Shown in pieces: positions 21,784 to 31,951 of a stretch of 64,000 nucleotides of DNA. The number at the start of each line of letters is the position of its first letter. Position 1 is the stretch's first letter. The DNA is taken from assembly GCA_963664815.2 (NCBI GenBank), contig CAXXHB010000003.1:352001-416000 (forward strand), written 5' to 3'. The stretch is from Spirochaetota bacterium. GTDB lineage: Bacteria > Spirochaetota > UBA4802 > UBA5550. The notes beneath the pieces are model-generated. The model was not told where the DNA came from and ran no database searches. It was given only the letters and a program-made list of their open reading frames with translations. Made by a program: the position numbers and the translations under genes.

Positions 21784-22659
21784 ATGCAAATCAACAGAAA
21801 AAAAATGCTTGAAGGCTTAATAACCTTTCCGGCTGTGGTATGGCTTCTTCTGTTTTTTATTATTCCGCTGGTCTTCATTCTTGGAATTGCGTTCAGATCA
21901 ACCGATCCATACGGAAACATAGGTACTGAATGGACCGTAATATCTGTTCTAAAACTTTCAAATCCGGCTTATACAGTAATTGTATTACGCACTGTAGCGG
22001 TCAGCTTAATTACCGCTTTGCTCTCTCTATTGCTGGCGATTCCTGCGGGATATTATTTCGCCCGTGTCAGGCGATCCTGGCGAACAGTAACGATGATGCT
22101 TATTATTATTCCTTTCTGGACAAACATGCTGATAAGAATATATGCCTGGCGCTCAATGCTCGGAAGGGGCGGGGTGGTGGAGCGTTTCTTCTCTATGCTT
22201 AATATAACGGCCGGTGACACATCGCTCCTCTATAATATAAATGCTGTAGTTTTTATTCAGATTGCATTATTTCTTCCCTTCGCGATTTTACCAATTTATG
22301 CTGCAGCTGAAAAGTTTGACTGGAATCTTATTGAAGCCGCCCAGGATCTCGGAGCCGGGAAATTGCGTTCATTTATGACAATTTTTATTCCGGGCATCTC
22401 CGGAGGAATAATAACCGCCATGCTGCTTGTTTTTATTCCGGCTCTTGGAACCTATATAGTTCCGGACATTGTCGGCGGTCCCACAGCGGAAATGATAGGT
22501 AATAAAATTGCGCAGAGGATTCTTGTGGACAGAAATCTACCTGAAGCCAGCGCACTTGCAGGCGTATTATTTATAGCAATGATTCTTCCCGTGATAGTGT
22601 ATTTTTTTGTACGGTTTAGTCTTGGTAATAGAGAAATCAGAAGGAGAGATATATATTGA
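21784..22659 (+). CDS. potB: Spermidine/putrescine ABC permease (ATG 21784 preferred)
   Basis: IPFWTNMLIRIYAW and EAAQDLGA EAA loop. Confidence 0.92.
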   Translation: MQINRKKMLEGLITFPAVVWLLLFFIIPLVFILGIAFRSTDPYGNIGTEWTVISVLKLSNPAYTVIVLRTVAVSLITALLSLLLAIPAGYYFARVRRSWRTVTMMLIIIPFWTNMLIRIYAWRSMLGRGGVVERFFSMLNITAGDTSLLYNINAVVFIQIALFLPFAILPIYAAAEKFDWNLIEAAQDLGAGKLRSFMTIFIPGISGGIITAMLLVFIPALGTYIVPDIVGGPTAEMIGNKIAQRILVDRNLPEASALAGVLFIAMILPVIVYFFVRFSLGNREIRRRDIY

Positions 22660-23429
22660 AGAGAGAATCACGGTTCCCGGCTGTTATTGCCCTGATTGTT
22701 CTTACAAGCCTTTACCTTCCCATAATTATAATGGTAATTAATTCGTTTAACGGCGCCAAATACGGTTCAGAATGGCAGGGATTTTCTTTAAAGTGGTATA
22801 AACAGATGTTTAATGACAGTGCAATATGGAGTGCTGTCTGCACAAGTATGATGGTAGGGGTTATTTCAACATTAATCTCCACAATATTTGGAGTTTTAAG
22901 CGCATATGCAATCCGGCGATTCTGGAGTCGCCGTCAGTCTGTCCATTATCTTTTGATATATACACCGCTGATAGTTCCGGATATTCTTCTTGGAATGGGA
23001 CTTCTGCTTTTATTCATCATGTTTCACTTTCAACTTGGTATTATTTCAATTATAGTGGCTCATATAACATTTTCGATCAGTTATGTTGCAATGGTGGTTC
23101 TTGGAAGGCTTCAGAATTTTGATTTCACATTGATTGATGCGGCGTATGATCTTGGCGCATCGCAGTGGACTGCAGTCAGAACAGTGCTTGTCCCGCTCAT
23201 CAGTCCGGGTATTCTGGCCGGTGCGCTTATTGCCTTTACTCTGTCAATGGATGACTTTGTCGTTACTTTTTTTGTAGCCGGGCCTGGAATTTCAACGCTT
23301 CCTATACATATTTACGGCATGATGAAGTACGGGGCGCTCCCTGTTATAAATGCGCTTTCGGTAATATTCCTTTTAATTACCGTAGTAATAATATTGCTCA
23401 TACATAAACTTTCAGGAGATATAGCATGA
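22656..23429 (+). CDS. potC: Spermidine/putrescine ABC permease
   Basis: LYLPI..SFN, WQGFSLKWY, DAAYDLGA, FTLSMDDF. Confidence 0.92.
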   Translation: MKRESRFPAVIALIVLTSLYLPIIIMVINSFNGAKYGSEWQGFSLKWYKQMFNDSAIWSAVCTSMMVGVISTLISTIFGVLSAYAIRRFWSRRQSVHYLLIYTPLIVPDILLGMGLLLLFIMFHFQLGIISIIVAHITFSISYVAMVVLGRLQNFDFTLIDAAYDLGASQWTAVRTVLVPLISPGILAGALIAFTLSMDDFVVTFFVAGPGISTLPIHIYGMMKYGALPVINALSVIFLLITVVIILLIHKLSGDIA

Positions 23430-24451
23430 AAAAAATATTTGTTTTATTGATGATTCTTTTAGTCATCACATCCTGCGGGAGTAAAAAGAAAACGCTTCAT
23501 ATTTATAACTGGGGCGATTATATAGATCCGGCAGTTGTATCACAGTTTGAGAAAGATTTTAACTGCGTTGTTAAAATGGATTTCTATGATTCGAATGAAG
23601 CCCTTTATACAAAATTAAAGGCGGGTGCAAGCGGATACGATATAGCAGTTCCATCAAGTTTTATGGCCGCAATTCTTGAAAAACAGGGATTACTGCTGAA
23701 ACTTGATCATTCAAAACTTCCTAATCTTGCCAATCTTGATAAAAAATTTATGGCAAAACATCCTGATCCGGATAATAGTTACAGTGTACCCTATATGATG
23801 AGTTTTATCGGAATCGGATATAATTCAAAAAAAGTTAAAAACTTTCAGCCTAGCTGGTCCCAGTTTGACAGGGTGGATTTGAAGGGTAAAATTACCATGC
23901 TTGACGAAATGAGACCCTGCCTGGGGGCTGCGCTGAAATTTTTAGGATACAGCCTTAATTCCACCAATAGCAATGAGTTATCAAGCGCTGCCGAAGTTGT
24001 TATCAGATGGAAGAAAAATATTGCCAAATTTGATGTTGATGGAGCAAAACGCGGTCTGGCTGCGGGAGAATTTGATCTTATACATAACTACAGTGGAGAT
24101 GTACTTCAGATCCAGAAGGAAAATCCTGATCTTCTTTTCGGAATCCCAAAAGAGGGGACATCTATCAATGATGACGACCTTGTTATTCCATCTGCGGCAA
24201 AAGAGATTGAACTTGCCTATAAGTTCATCAATTATCTTCAGCGGCCCGATATCTGTGCACAAAACATGAACTATATATGCTATCTTGCGCCGAATATCCC
24301 TGCACAAAAGCTGATGCCGGAGTCTTTCAGAAAAAATCCGTCAATATTTCCCGATGCCGGAGTAATGGCGAAGTGCGAAGTTATGCGTGATCTCGGGGCT
24401 GATAATGAGAAATATTCAAAACTTTGGGATAAGATAAAAGCGGCTCAATAA
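23426..24451 (+). CDS. potD: Spermidine/putrescine-binding lipoprotein
   Basis: Lipobox ITSC; IYNWGDYID, YDSNE, GYDIAVPS, PKEG. Confidence 0.92.
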   Translation: MKKIFVLLMILLVITSCGSKKKTLHIYNWGDYIDPAVVSQFEKDFNCVVKMDFYDSNEALYTKLKAGASGYDIAVPSSFMAAILEKQGLLLKLDHSKLPNLANLDKKFMAKHPDPDNSYSVPYMMSFIGIGYNSKKVKNFQPSWSQFDRVDLKGKITMLDEMRPCLGAALKFLGYSLNSTNSNELSSAAEVVIRWKKNIAKFDVDGAKRGLAAGEFDLIHNYSGDVLQIQKENPDLLFGIPKEGTSINDDDLVIPSAAKEIELAYKFINYLQRPDICAQNMNYICYLAPNIPAQKLMPESFRKNPSIFPDAGVMAKCEVMRDLGADNEKYSKLWDKIKAAQ

Positions 24452-24469
24452 GCCGCTTTTATCTTATCC
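24427..24469 (+). terminator. 19-bp perfect hairpin terminator overlapping the potD 3' end
   Basis: GGATAAGATAAAAGCGGCT-CAATA-AGCCGCTTTTATCTTATCC. Confidence 0.75.
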
Positions 24470-24715
24470 GGCACTGATATCTGCAGTTTGATTTATTAAT
24501 TTTGTATAATAAAATATCAAATCTATACAATACAGAATCTATTATGCTTAATAGATACATTTGCTGAAGAAATATATCGAATAATCATCCGGCGAAACAC
24601 CAGTAGGTCCAGCGTATGTTTTAAGATTATATTATATCCATGTTTTTAAACTTTGAAATAAGAACACTTCTTTCGAATTTCCATCCTCAGTAAGCATCTC
24701 TCAATACAATAGTTC

Positions 24716-24765
24716 TTGACAAACATATATGTCAATTTTAGCATAAATGCTAATAAAAGCATTTA
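24716..24765 (+). promoter_or_regulatory. Sigma70-type promoter with overlapping palindromic operator candidates
   Basis: TTGACA(24716)-17 nt-TAGCAT(24739); inverted repeats TTGACA-N8-TGTCAA, TTAGCAT-N2-ATGCTAA and TAAATGCT-N6-AGCATTTA. Confidence 0.6.
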
Positions 24766-24901
24766 GGTTAAAAATAACATCTGAAATCTGTTATATGGTA
24801 TCAATAGCATAATTAAAATATATAATACAGGTAAAATACGTTTCCGGCCGGTTCATTTTTTAAAAATGAATGCGAAAATATAAAATATTAAAGAGGTTGA
24901 A

Positions 24902-27283
24902 ATGAAAAAGTATTTTGCAGTATTATTTATTTATGCTTTTCTTCTTTCGGGAACTGGACTTTTTTCACAGGAGAATAAAACTGATGAAAAAGCAGCAGAG
25001 AAAATAACTGAAGATTCCGTTAAAAAAAAGAAAAAGTCAACTAAGCCTTTTGAACAGGGAGCAATTATCGTGCGGGGAGAAAAAGACGCTACGATAGACA
25101 AGGCAACGACACAGACAGTCGTGACTGAGAAGGATATTGAAGCCCATAACGACAAGTCGCTCAATGATACACTTCAACTTGTCTCTGGTTTCCAGACATA
25201 TCAGCACGGAAAGGGTCACATCCGCTTCAGGATGCGAGGATTTGAGATGCCATATGTAGCGCTCCTTGTTGATGGAATTCCGTTTGCCGATGTCTATGAG
25301 GCTAATCTTGATATTTCAAAAATTCCTGTGATGAATGCTTCGGAGATAATTATCAATCGCGGGACTTGCTCGGCACTGTATGGGACAACAGGAACAATCG
25401 GGTCAATAAATGTTATTTCAAAGAAACCGGTCGATCTGTATCTGAAAGGTAGTGCTGAATATGGAGTAAATGGCGATTATACTATTAATGCAGCTCACGG
25501 TAATGCAATAGGCGGATTTTATTACTGGCTGACAGCCAATGTAGAAAATCAGGCGCCATTTGAGGTGTCAAAAAAATTAACAAAAGCGAAACGCCAGGAG
25601 TGGTACGATAAATTTTTCCCGAATGTAGGATACACAAATACTTCCTCAACGGCCAATAATACATATCTTAATGATACAGGAGATTGGCCGCACCAGGAGA
25701 TGCTCAAATATAATATTACAGGCAAAACCGGATATAAGATTTCTGATAAACTTGAAGCCGGTATCAGCGCAAGTTATACTGAAAGTGAGGCAAAACGATA
25801 TAGCAACAGTCTCAGCAATATTGAACAGCATACTTATAATACCACCACGCATGTCTGGTATTGGAAAGAACCGACATCTTCGTTACCCTATGCACTTGGC
25901 TCGGGAGCATTCAATTGGCGGGAAGTATACACTGTTAATGTGTCTCCTTATATTTCATATGAAAACAAAAATCTGAAGATCAAGGCAAATACATTTTATA
26001 TCTATACCGACGAAGATCTTGATGGATACCAGGATGAAGCTGAAACTGTAGCGGTTAAGGGCTGGGGCGGTGCTCATTCCAACTGGCAGAATACATCTGC
26101 AGGGTTTAATATATTTCCAACATATAAAATGGTTGAGTGGAATAAGATTAATACATCGTTATTATTCCGCTGGGATAAACATCTTGAACGTCAACAGGCA
26201 GATGAACAATACGCATCAAGCCCTCAGGGAGTATATACCAATTCATATAATTTTGCTGGATATGACTGGTTTGATACAAAACTGATGACAGGCAGACAGT
26301 TTACTCTTGCAATTGAAGATGAAATTGATCTTGATAAATTGATAGAGGTTCCTGTTAATATAAGTGCCGGAATTTCATATGATGCTCAAAGTTTTGATAA
26401 ATACAAAAAGAGGGATACCTCGGGAACTACTTATGGAGATCTTCTTGAACAATATATTGCAAAAGACGATTCTGTTCTATGGGGAACAAGAGATTCATTT
26501 AATCCTGTTATAGGACTGACATATGAACCGCTGAAAGATTTTCTGCTTCTGCGAAGTTCATATTCGCAGAAAACAAAACTTCCGACAATGTCACAGTATG
26601 CCAATGTTACTGATTCCACACTGGATACAGGATTGAAGACTGAAAAATCATATAATACTAATGCCGGTTTTGAACTGTTTTTTCTTGATAAAGAGATAAG
26701 CTTTAGAACTGATTACTTTTTTACAAGGTTTAAGGACAAAATTGCAACTGTTTATAATACTGATACATTTCTTAAAACTTACACGAATATAGAAGGTGAA
26801 GATCATCAGGGAGTAGAGGCTATTGTCAAGACATCTTTTGACAGAGTTTTCGATATCATGTCAGTAGATTCTGATTTTTCCTATACATATCTACGAGTCA
26901 GAAACCTTGATACCGGCAGCCAGGATTCAAATATTTATATGGGAAAGAAATTAATTGATATCCCCGAGCATCAGGTTACAGGTGATATAAGATTTAATTT
27001 CATATCAAAGACTTCCCTGAATATATTCGGAAGCTATACTGCGAATGCAATCAAATATGTAATGACGAGTAATCCGGGTACATCGGCTACATATACAACC
27101 AGCTATTTCAAAGAAGTCAAACTTCATAATCCATTAATGATAAATATCAAAATTTCACAGATCTTCATGGAGAAGTATGAAGCATTTGCCATGTGTAAAA
27201 ATATTATGGATGATTATGCTGCCGATCCATTTAATCCGGGTCCCGGAAGACAGTTCAGCTTTGGTGTAAAAGCTGAAATATAA
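24902..27283 (+). CDS. TonB-dependent outer-membrane receptor
   Basis: Signal peptide; plug motifs MRGF, LLVDGIP, RGTCSALYG..GSINVISKK; barrel end GRQFSFGVKAEI. Confidence 0.92.
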   Translation: MKKYFAVLFIYAFLLSGTGLFSQENKTDEKAAEKITEDSVKKKKKSTKPFEQGAIIVRGEKDATIDKATTQTVVTEKDIEAHNDKSLNDTLQLVSGFQTYQHGKGHIRFRMRGFEMPYVALLVDGIPFADVYEANLDISKIPVMNASEIIINRGTCSALYGTTGTIGSINVISKKPVDLYLKGSAEYGVNGDYTINAAHGNAIGGFYYWLTANVENQAPFEVSKKLTKAKRQEWYDKFFPNVGYTNTSSTANNTYLNDTGDWPHQEMLKYNITGKTGYKISDKLEAGISASYTESEAKRYSNSLSNIEQHTYNTTTHVWYWKEPTSSLPYALGSGAFNWREVYTVNVSPYISYENKNLKIKANTFYIYTDEDLDGYQDEAETVAVKGWGGAHSNWQNTSAGFNIFPTYKMVEWNKINTSLLFRWDKHLERQQADEQYASSPQGVYTNSYNFAGYDWFDTKLMTGRQFTLAIEDEIDLDKLIEVPVNISAGISYDAQSFDKYKKRDTSGTTYGDLLEQYIAKDDSVLWGTRDSFNPVIGLTYEPLKDFLLLRSSYSQKTKLPTMSQYANVTDSTLDTGLKTEKSYNTNAGFELFFLDKEISFRTDYFFTRFKDKIATVYNTDTFLKTYTNIEGEDHQGVEAIVKTSFDRVFDIMSVDSDFSYTYLRVRNLDTGSQDSNIYMGKKLIDIPEHQVTGDIRFNFISKTSLNIFGSYTANAIKYVMTSNPGTSATYTTSYFKEVKLHNPLMINIKISQIFMEKYEAFAMCKNIMDDYAADPFNPGPGRQFSFGVKAEI

Positions 27284-27305
27284 TACTGTTAAACTTTAAA
27301 AAAAG

Positions 27306-27360
27306 ATTAATGAATATTCGTATTGCAGGAGTTTATTCTGCAATGCGAATATTCATTAAT
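27306..27360 (+). terminator. 25-bp near-perfect inverted repeat after the TonB receptor (terminator or mRNA-stabilising hairpin)
   Basis: ATTAATGAATATTCGTATTGCAGGA-GTTTA-TTCTGCAATGCGAATATTCATTAAT. Confidence 0.65.
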
Positions 27361-27589
27361 GGCAAATATTCCAAACTTAATATAATTGAATTTAAAAACT
27401 AGCATCCCCGGTGAGCAGAATCGAACCATGAATGTTCCATTCATCAATATGACAGCTCTCGGGAATTCTGGTTTTATGCAACTGAAGAAGAGCGGTGGTG
27501 TTTGTTTTGTGAATATAATTAAAGACTATGGTGATATTGTACGGAGACTTGCATAATGATGATTTAATAATTTAAAACAGGAGTATGTT

Positions 27590-28186
27590 ATGGGTATAAA
27601 ACAAAACGATAATCTTGATCTGGATAAATGTCTTGAAGATGCAAAAGAGTTTCACGGCGACGCCTGCGGCGGGATACAGATGGGAACACGCATGGCAATA
27701 CGCGGAATGAAAGAAATAGGGATTTATGATCCGAAGGGGGAAGACAGAAAAGATCTTATGGTTATTGTAGAAATTGACAGGTGTCCCACTGACGCGATCC
27801 TTGCGGTAACGGGATGCCACCCCGGGAAGCGTACAATGAAAATACTCGATTACGGTAAAATGGCAGCAACATTTATTAACCTGAAAACAAACAAAGCAGT
27901 GAGAGTATCTGCAAGAAACAGGCAGGGGGATGAAATAAAGACCCGTGATATGATTGAAAACCAGCCCATGACTGACGATTTCGCAACTCTCAGTGATGAT
28001 GAACTTTTTACGGTTACTGAGGTAAAGGTTCATTTAAAACCGGAGGATATGCCCGGCAGGCCGGTCAGGTCCATTCCATGTGCATTATGCGGTGAGCGTG
28101 TACTTGATATGAAAGATATGGAAATAAACGGGAAGTATTACTGCAGGCCCTGCGCTGAAAATAAAAGTTATTATACAGCAGTATAA
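27590..28186 (+). CDS. FmdE-family protein with C-terminal zinc finger
   Basis: EFHGDACGG, VEIDRCPTDA, GCHPGKRT, DYGKMAATF; CALCGE...CRPC. Confidence 0.88.
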   Translation: MGIKQNDNLDLDKCLEDAKEFHGDACGGIQMGTRMAIRGMKEIGIYDPKGEDRKDLMVIVEIDRCPTDAILAVTGCHPGKRTMKILDYGKMAATFINLKTNKAVRVSARNRQGDEIKTRDMIENQPMTDDFATLSDDELFTVTEVKVHLKPEDMPGRPVRSIPCALCGERVLDMKDMEINGKYYCRPCAENKSYYTAV

Positions 28187-28202
28187 CAGGACGTGAATAG
28201 TC

Positions 28203-29042
28203 ATGAATAACGCGGCGAAATACCCCATTACGGATATCACAGATATCGACTGGAGCGAAGTGATTAAAAATAAAAAAAATGCCAGAATTGAGCCGGTTAA
28301 AAACAGCTCAGAGTTCTGGAATAAACGCGCCCCTTCATTTGCAGATCACGCCGGTAAGACATTTTATCCTGAGGCATTTCTGAAAATTATGAATCCGGAG
28401 TCTTCATGGACTGTTCTTGATATGGGATGCGGGGCCGGGACTCTGGCAATACCACTTGCAGATAAGGTTAAGCATATTACTGCCGTGGATTTTTCCGGGA
28501 AGATGATTGAGATACTCCGTGTTGAAGCAGAGAGGCGAGGAATAAATAATATTGAAACAATAAATGCGAGCTGGAGCGATAACTGGAATGAATACGGTAT
28601 TGGTACCTATGATGTCGCTTTGGCTTCACGTTCACTTGCGGTGGATGATATTCAGTCTGCACTGACAAGGCTGAATAATGCCGCGCAAAAACGTGTGGTA
28701 ATTTCTACAGTTGTAGGAGACGGCCCTTTTGACCGGAAGATGTTTGCAGCAGTCGGGAGAGAACGGGCGGAAAATATCGATTATATATACTTTTATAATC
28801 TATTATATCAGATGGGTATTTTTGCCAATATCGCGTTTATTACAGAGGATAATAATAAAACATTTGAAAGTCATAAAGATGCATGTGAATCCATGAAGTG
28901 GATGTTTCAGGATATGACCCCTGACGAAGAATTGCATTTAAAAAAATATTTAGCCGATCATCTTGTGGATGTGAATGGATCATTTACCCTTGATTATAAA
29001 AGAATTTCACGTTGGGCAGTCATCTGGTGGGATAAGGAATAA
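28203..29042 (+). CDS. Class I SAM-dependent methyltransferase
   Basis: FWNKRAPSF, VLDMGCGAG, AVDFS. Confidence 0.9.
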   Translation: MNNAAKYPITDITDIDWSEVIKNKKNARIEPVKNSSEFWNKRAPSFADHAGKTFYPEAFLKIMNPESSWTVLDMGCGAGTLAIPLADKVKHITAVDFSGKMIEILRVEAERRGINNIETINASWSDNWNEYGIGTYDVALASRSLAVDDIQSALTRLNNAAQKRVVISTVVGDGPFDRKMFAAVGRERAENIDYIYFYNLLYQMGIFANIAFITEDNNKTFESHKDACESMKWMFQDMTPDEELHLKKYLADHLVDVNGSFTLDYKRISRWAVIWWDKE

Positions 29043-29046
29043 TCAT

Positions 29047-29868
29047 ATGCAGGGTGCAATGACACAGAATAATGAGATACTTGAAATTGAAAATATCAAT
29101 TTCAGTTACCATGAACGCAGGATTCTTAACGGGATAAACTTTTCGGTAAAAAAAGGGGAGATTTGCGGTTTGCTTGGACCCAATGGCTGTGGCAAGACTA
29201 CATTGCTCAAATGCATTAACAGAGTTTTACATCCCGGATCGGGAACAATTCGGGTTCAGGGACGTGATGTGTCCAAAATGTCCAGGGATGAAATAGCGGG
29301 GATGATAGCGGTTGTGCCGCAGGAACTGAATGTGGTTTTCTCATTTACCGTTATGCAGATGGTTCTTATGGGAGGGAGTGTGCGGTACGGCTTTTCCGGT
29401 ATCCCGGGTAAAAAAGAGTATCTATATGCGTTTGAAATTCTTGAAGAGCTTAATATTGAGGATCTTGCAAACCGGAGGTTTAATGAACTTTCCGGCGGAG
29501 AAAAACAGGTGGTGCTGATAGCACGAGCCCTGTTTCAGAAAGCTGAAATAATGTTGCTTGATGAGCCGACATCTCACCTCGACTTTAAGCGCCAGCATAT
29601 AATAATGGAAATGATTAAAAAAATATCTGAGGAGAAAGGGCTTACAACTCTTATCACACTTCATGATCCGAATACAGCCGGAAGATACTGTAACAAGCTG
29701 ATTATGCTGAACAGAGGGTGCGTCTGTCACCAGGGTTCCCGGGAAAAGATTTTTGATGTGGAATCACTTGAATCAGTTTATGAAATGAAGATAAAAATAG
29801 AACGTACAGACACGGGGGCTGATTATGTGACTCCCCATTCTATCCAGAGGGAAAATGAAAAAAATTAG
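29047..29868 (+). CDS. Iron-chelate/cobalamin-type ABC transporter ATPase
   Basis: GPNGCGKT, LSGGEKQ, LLDEPTSHLD; ATG 29047 preferred over 28975. Confidence 0.92.
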   Translation: MQGAMTQNNEILEIENINFSYHERRILNGINFSVKKGEICGLLGPNGCGKTTLLKCINRVLHPGSGTIRVQGRDVSKMSRDEIAGMIAVVPQELNVVFSFTVMQMVLMGGSVRYGFSGIPGKKEYLYAFEILEELNIEDLANRRFNELSGGEKQVVLIARALFQKAEIMLLDEPTSHLDFKRQHIIMEMIKKISEEKGLTTLITLHDPNTAGRYCNKLIMLNRGCVCHQGSREKIFDVESLESVYEMKIKIERTDTGADYVTPHSIQRENEKN

Positions 29869-30868
29869 TCCATTTATAATCATCACTGTTTTACTCATGG
29901 CGGGAATTATCTTTGCTCTTACAGTCGGGCAATATCATATTAAACCTGAAACACTCCGGGAGATAATAATGTCAAAGTTTTCCGGAAAAACAGCAGGAGA
30001 TGATCTTGAAACCCCTGCAATGGTGCTGTGGTCTGTAAGGCTGCCAAGGGTAACAATGGCATTACTTGCGGGAACCGCGCTTTCAGTTGGTGGAGTTGTT
30101 TTTCAGGGGATAATGAGAAATCCCCTTGTATCACCTTCATTTCTTGGTGTTACACATGGAGCTGTATTCGGCGCATCCATTGCTATAATATTTGTCAGTA
30201 AATCATCCCTTTCTATTGAAACCTCCGCTTTTATCTGGGCAGTTGCTGCGGTGGTAATGGTTTATGTTGTAGGGGGCCGCGGGATAAATACACTTACCAC
30301 TCTTGTCATTGCCGGTGTTATTATATCTACATTTTTCCAGGCAGCAGGTTCTTTCTTGAAATATATTGCCGACCCGTATGAAGAGCTTCCTTCAATCGTG
30401 TTCTGGATGATGGGTGGGTTGAATAATGTTCTCTGGGTGAATGTTATCAGGGCATCGGTAATTATAACATTTGGTGTTGCCGTGATTTATGTATTCAGGT
30501 GGAAACTGAACCTCATGGCTTTGGGTGATGAGGAAGCTTTGTCAATGGGAGTGAATGTCAGACTAACACGAATACTGTTTATGCTTTTCGGTACACTTAT
30601 TGTGGCAGCAGGGAGTTCATCATGCGGGATAATTATGTGGGTTGATCTGATCGTAGCACATATATCGCGATTAATAGTAGGGCCAGATCATAAAAGGCTG
30701 GTACCGTTTGCAGCCCTTCTTGGCGCTTTTTTTCTGCTTATGACAGATACAATTGTCCGCAGTATTCCGGGTGGTGAAATTCCTATAAGTATTATTACAT
30801 CATTTATCGGGGCTCCATTGCTGGGATATCTGCTGATGAAACAGAATAAACAATGGAGTGAGCAATAA
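29855..30868 (+). CDS. FecCD/BtuC-family ABC permease
   Basis: VRLPR, QGIMRNPLVSP, LGDEEA.SMG, GEIPISI. Confidence 0.92.
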   Translation: MKKISPFIIITVLLMAGIIFALTVGQYHIKPETLREIIMSKFSGKTAGDDLETPAMVLWSVRLPRVTMALLAGTALSVGGVVFQGIMRNPLVSPSFLGVTHGAVFGASIAIIFVSKSSLSIETSAFIWAVAAVVMVYVVGGRGINTLTTLVIAGVIISTFFQAAGSFLKYIADPYEELPSIVFWMMGGLNNVLWVNVIRASVIITFGVAVIYVFRWKLNLMALGDEEALSMGVNVRLTRILFMLFGTLIVAAGSSSCGIIMWVDLIVAHISRLIVGPDHKRLVPFAALLGAFFLLMTDTIVRSIPGGEIPISIITSFIGAPLLGYLLMKQNKQWSEQ

Positions 30869-31951
30869 ATGAATAAGAAAGTCCTTTTTTCTGTCTTGGT
30901 TGCAGCTTTTTCAATATTTATTGTTTTTTTAATAATTTCCGGGTTAAGATATCATAAAAATCCGCCTGATACAGGTGCATATAAAACTATAACGGATATG
31001 GATGACCGAAAGATAGAGGTTCCCTCTGATCCCCGGCGGATTGCATGTTTACATGGTGTTTCCTTTGAAAGGATTGTAATTCTTGGGGAAGGGAATCGCC
31101 TTGTTCTGTCTATGAAAGCTTCTCCATGGATGCTGAAGCTTTTTCCGGAGGTGAAAAGTTCTCAGATTGTAGAACCTCCATACACCGGTAATATTGAGAG
31201 AATGCTTGATCTTAAAGTGGATCTGGTATTTTATTCCCCTTTCCCGGGGGAGGCGGAAAAATATAAAGCTGCCGGGATAAAAAATGCATGCGGATTTTCA
31301 GCACAAAAAAGGCCGAGAACCCTTGAAGAATATTCAGAAAACTTTAAACGGCAGATAAATTTTTTTGGTGAGCTGCTTGGCCCTGATGCCAGAGTGAGAG
31401 CTGCCAGGTACTGTATATATTTTGATAAGAAAATCGGTCAGATTCGCGCAATAACATCAAAAATAAAGGAAAAGGATCGTCCGAGGATTTATTATGGAGG
31501 CAGAGGCGGGAATCCGTTAAACAGCCAGGGAAAAGCCAGCGTGATGAACTGGGATACCGAAATTGCAGGTGGTAATTTTCTTCCCCAATCGATGGATAAT
31601 AATTTTGTAGAAGTCAACATGGAACAGGTAATTGCGTGGGATCCTGACATTATTCTTCTCAGCGGATGGTGCAGTTCCACTGATATGATTAAAAAAAATC
31701 CTGCATGGGGATCTCTGCGGGCTGTTAAAACCGGGAAAGTTTTTCTTATACCTGAGGGAGTTCTCTTATGGGATTTTGCCAGCGGGGAGAGTGTTCTATT
31801 AATGATTTACATGGCAAAGATATTCTATCCTGAACAATTTAAAGAGTGGAATATGGCAGATGAAATGAAAAAATTTTATTCAGAAATATATGATAAAAAA
31901 ATAACAGATAATGATGCGGAAAGAATATTGAAGCATCTTCCGCCAATGTGA
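30869..31951 (+). CDS. Iron-chelate/cobalamin-type ABC substrate-binding protein 1
   Basis: ITDMDDRKIEVP, NIERML, MEQVIAWDPDII, LRAVKTGKV. Confidence 0.88.
   Translation: MNKKVLFSVLVAAFSIFIVFLIISGLRYHKNPPDTGAYKTITDMDDRKIEVPSDPRRIACLHGVSFERIVILGEGNRLVLSMKASPWMLKLFPEVKSSQIVEPPYTGNIERMLDLKVDLVFYSPFPGEAEKYKAAGIKNACGFSAQKRPRTLEEYSENFKRQINFFGELLGPDARVRAARYCIYFDKKIGQIRAITSKIKEKDRPRIYYGGRGGNPLNSQGKASVMNWDTEIAGGNFLPQSMDNNFVEVNMEQVIAWDPDIILLSGWCSSTDMIKKNPAWGSLRAVKTGKVFLIPEGVLLWDFASGESVLLMIYMAKIFYPEQFKEWNMADEMKKFYSEIYDKKITDNDAERILKHLPPM

Noticed and set aside
27398-27475. Cobalamin or NiCo riboswitch
   Set aside because: Conserved B12-box and NiCo junction sequences were not recognisable; kept only as an unassigned structure.
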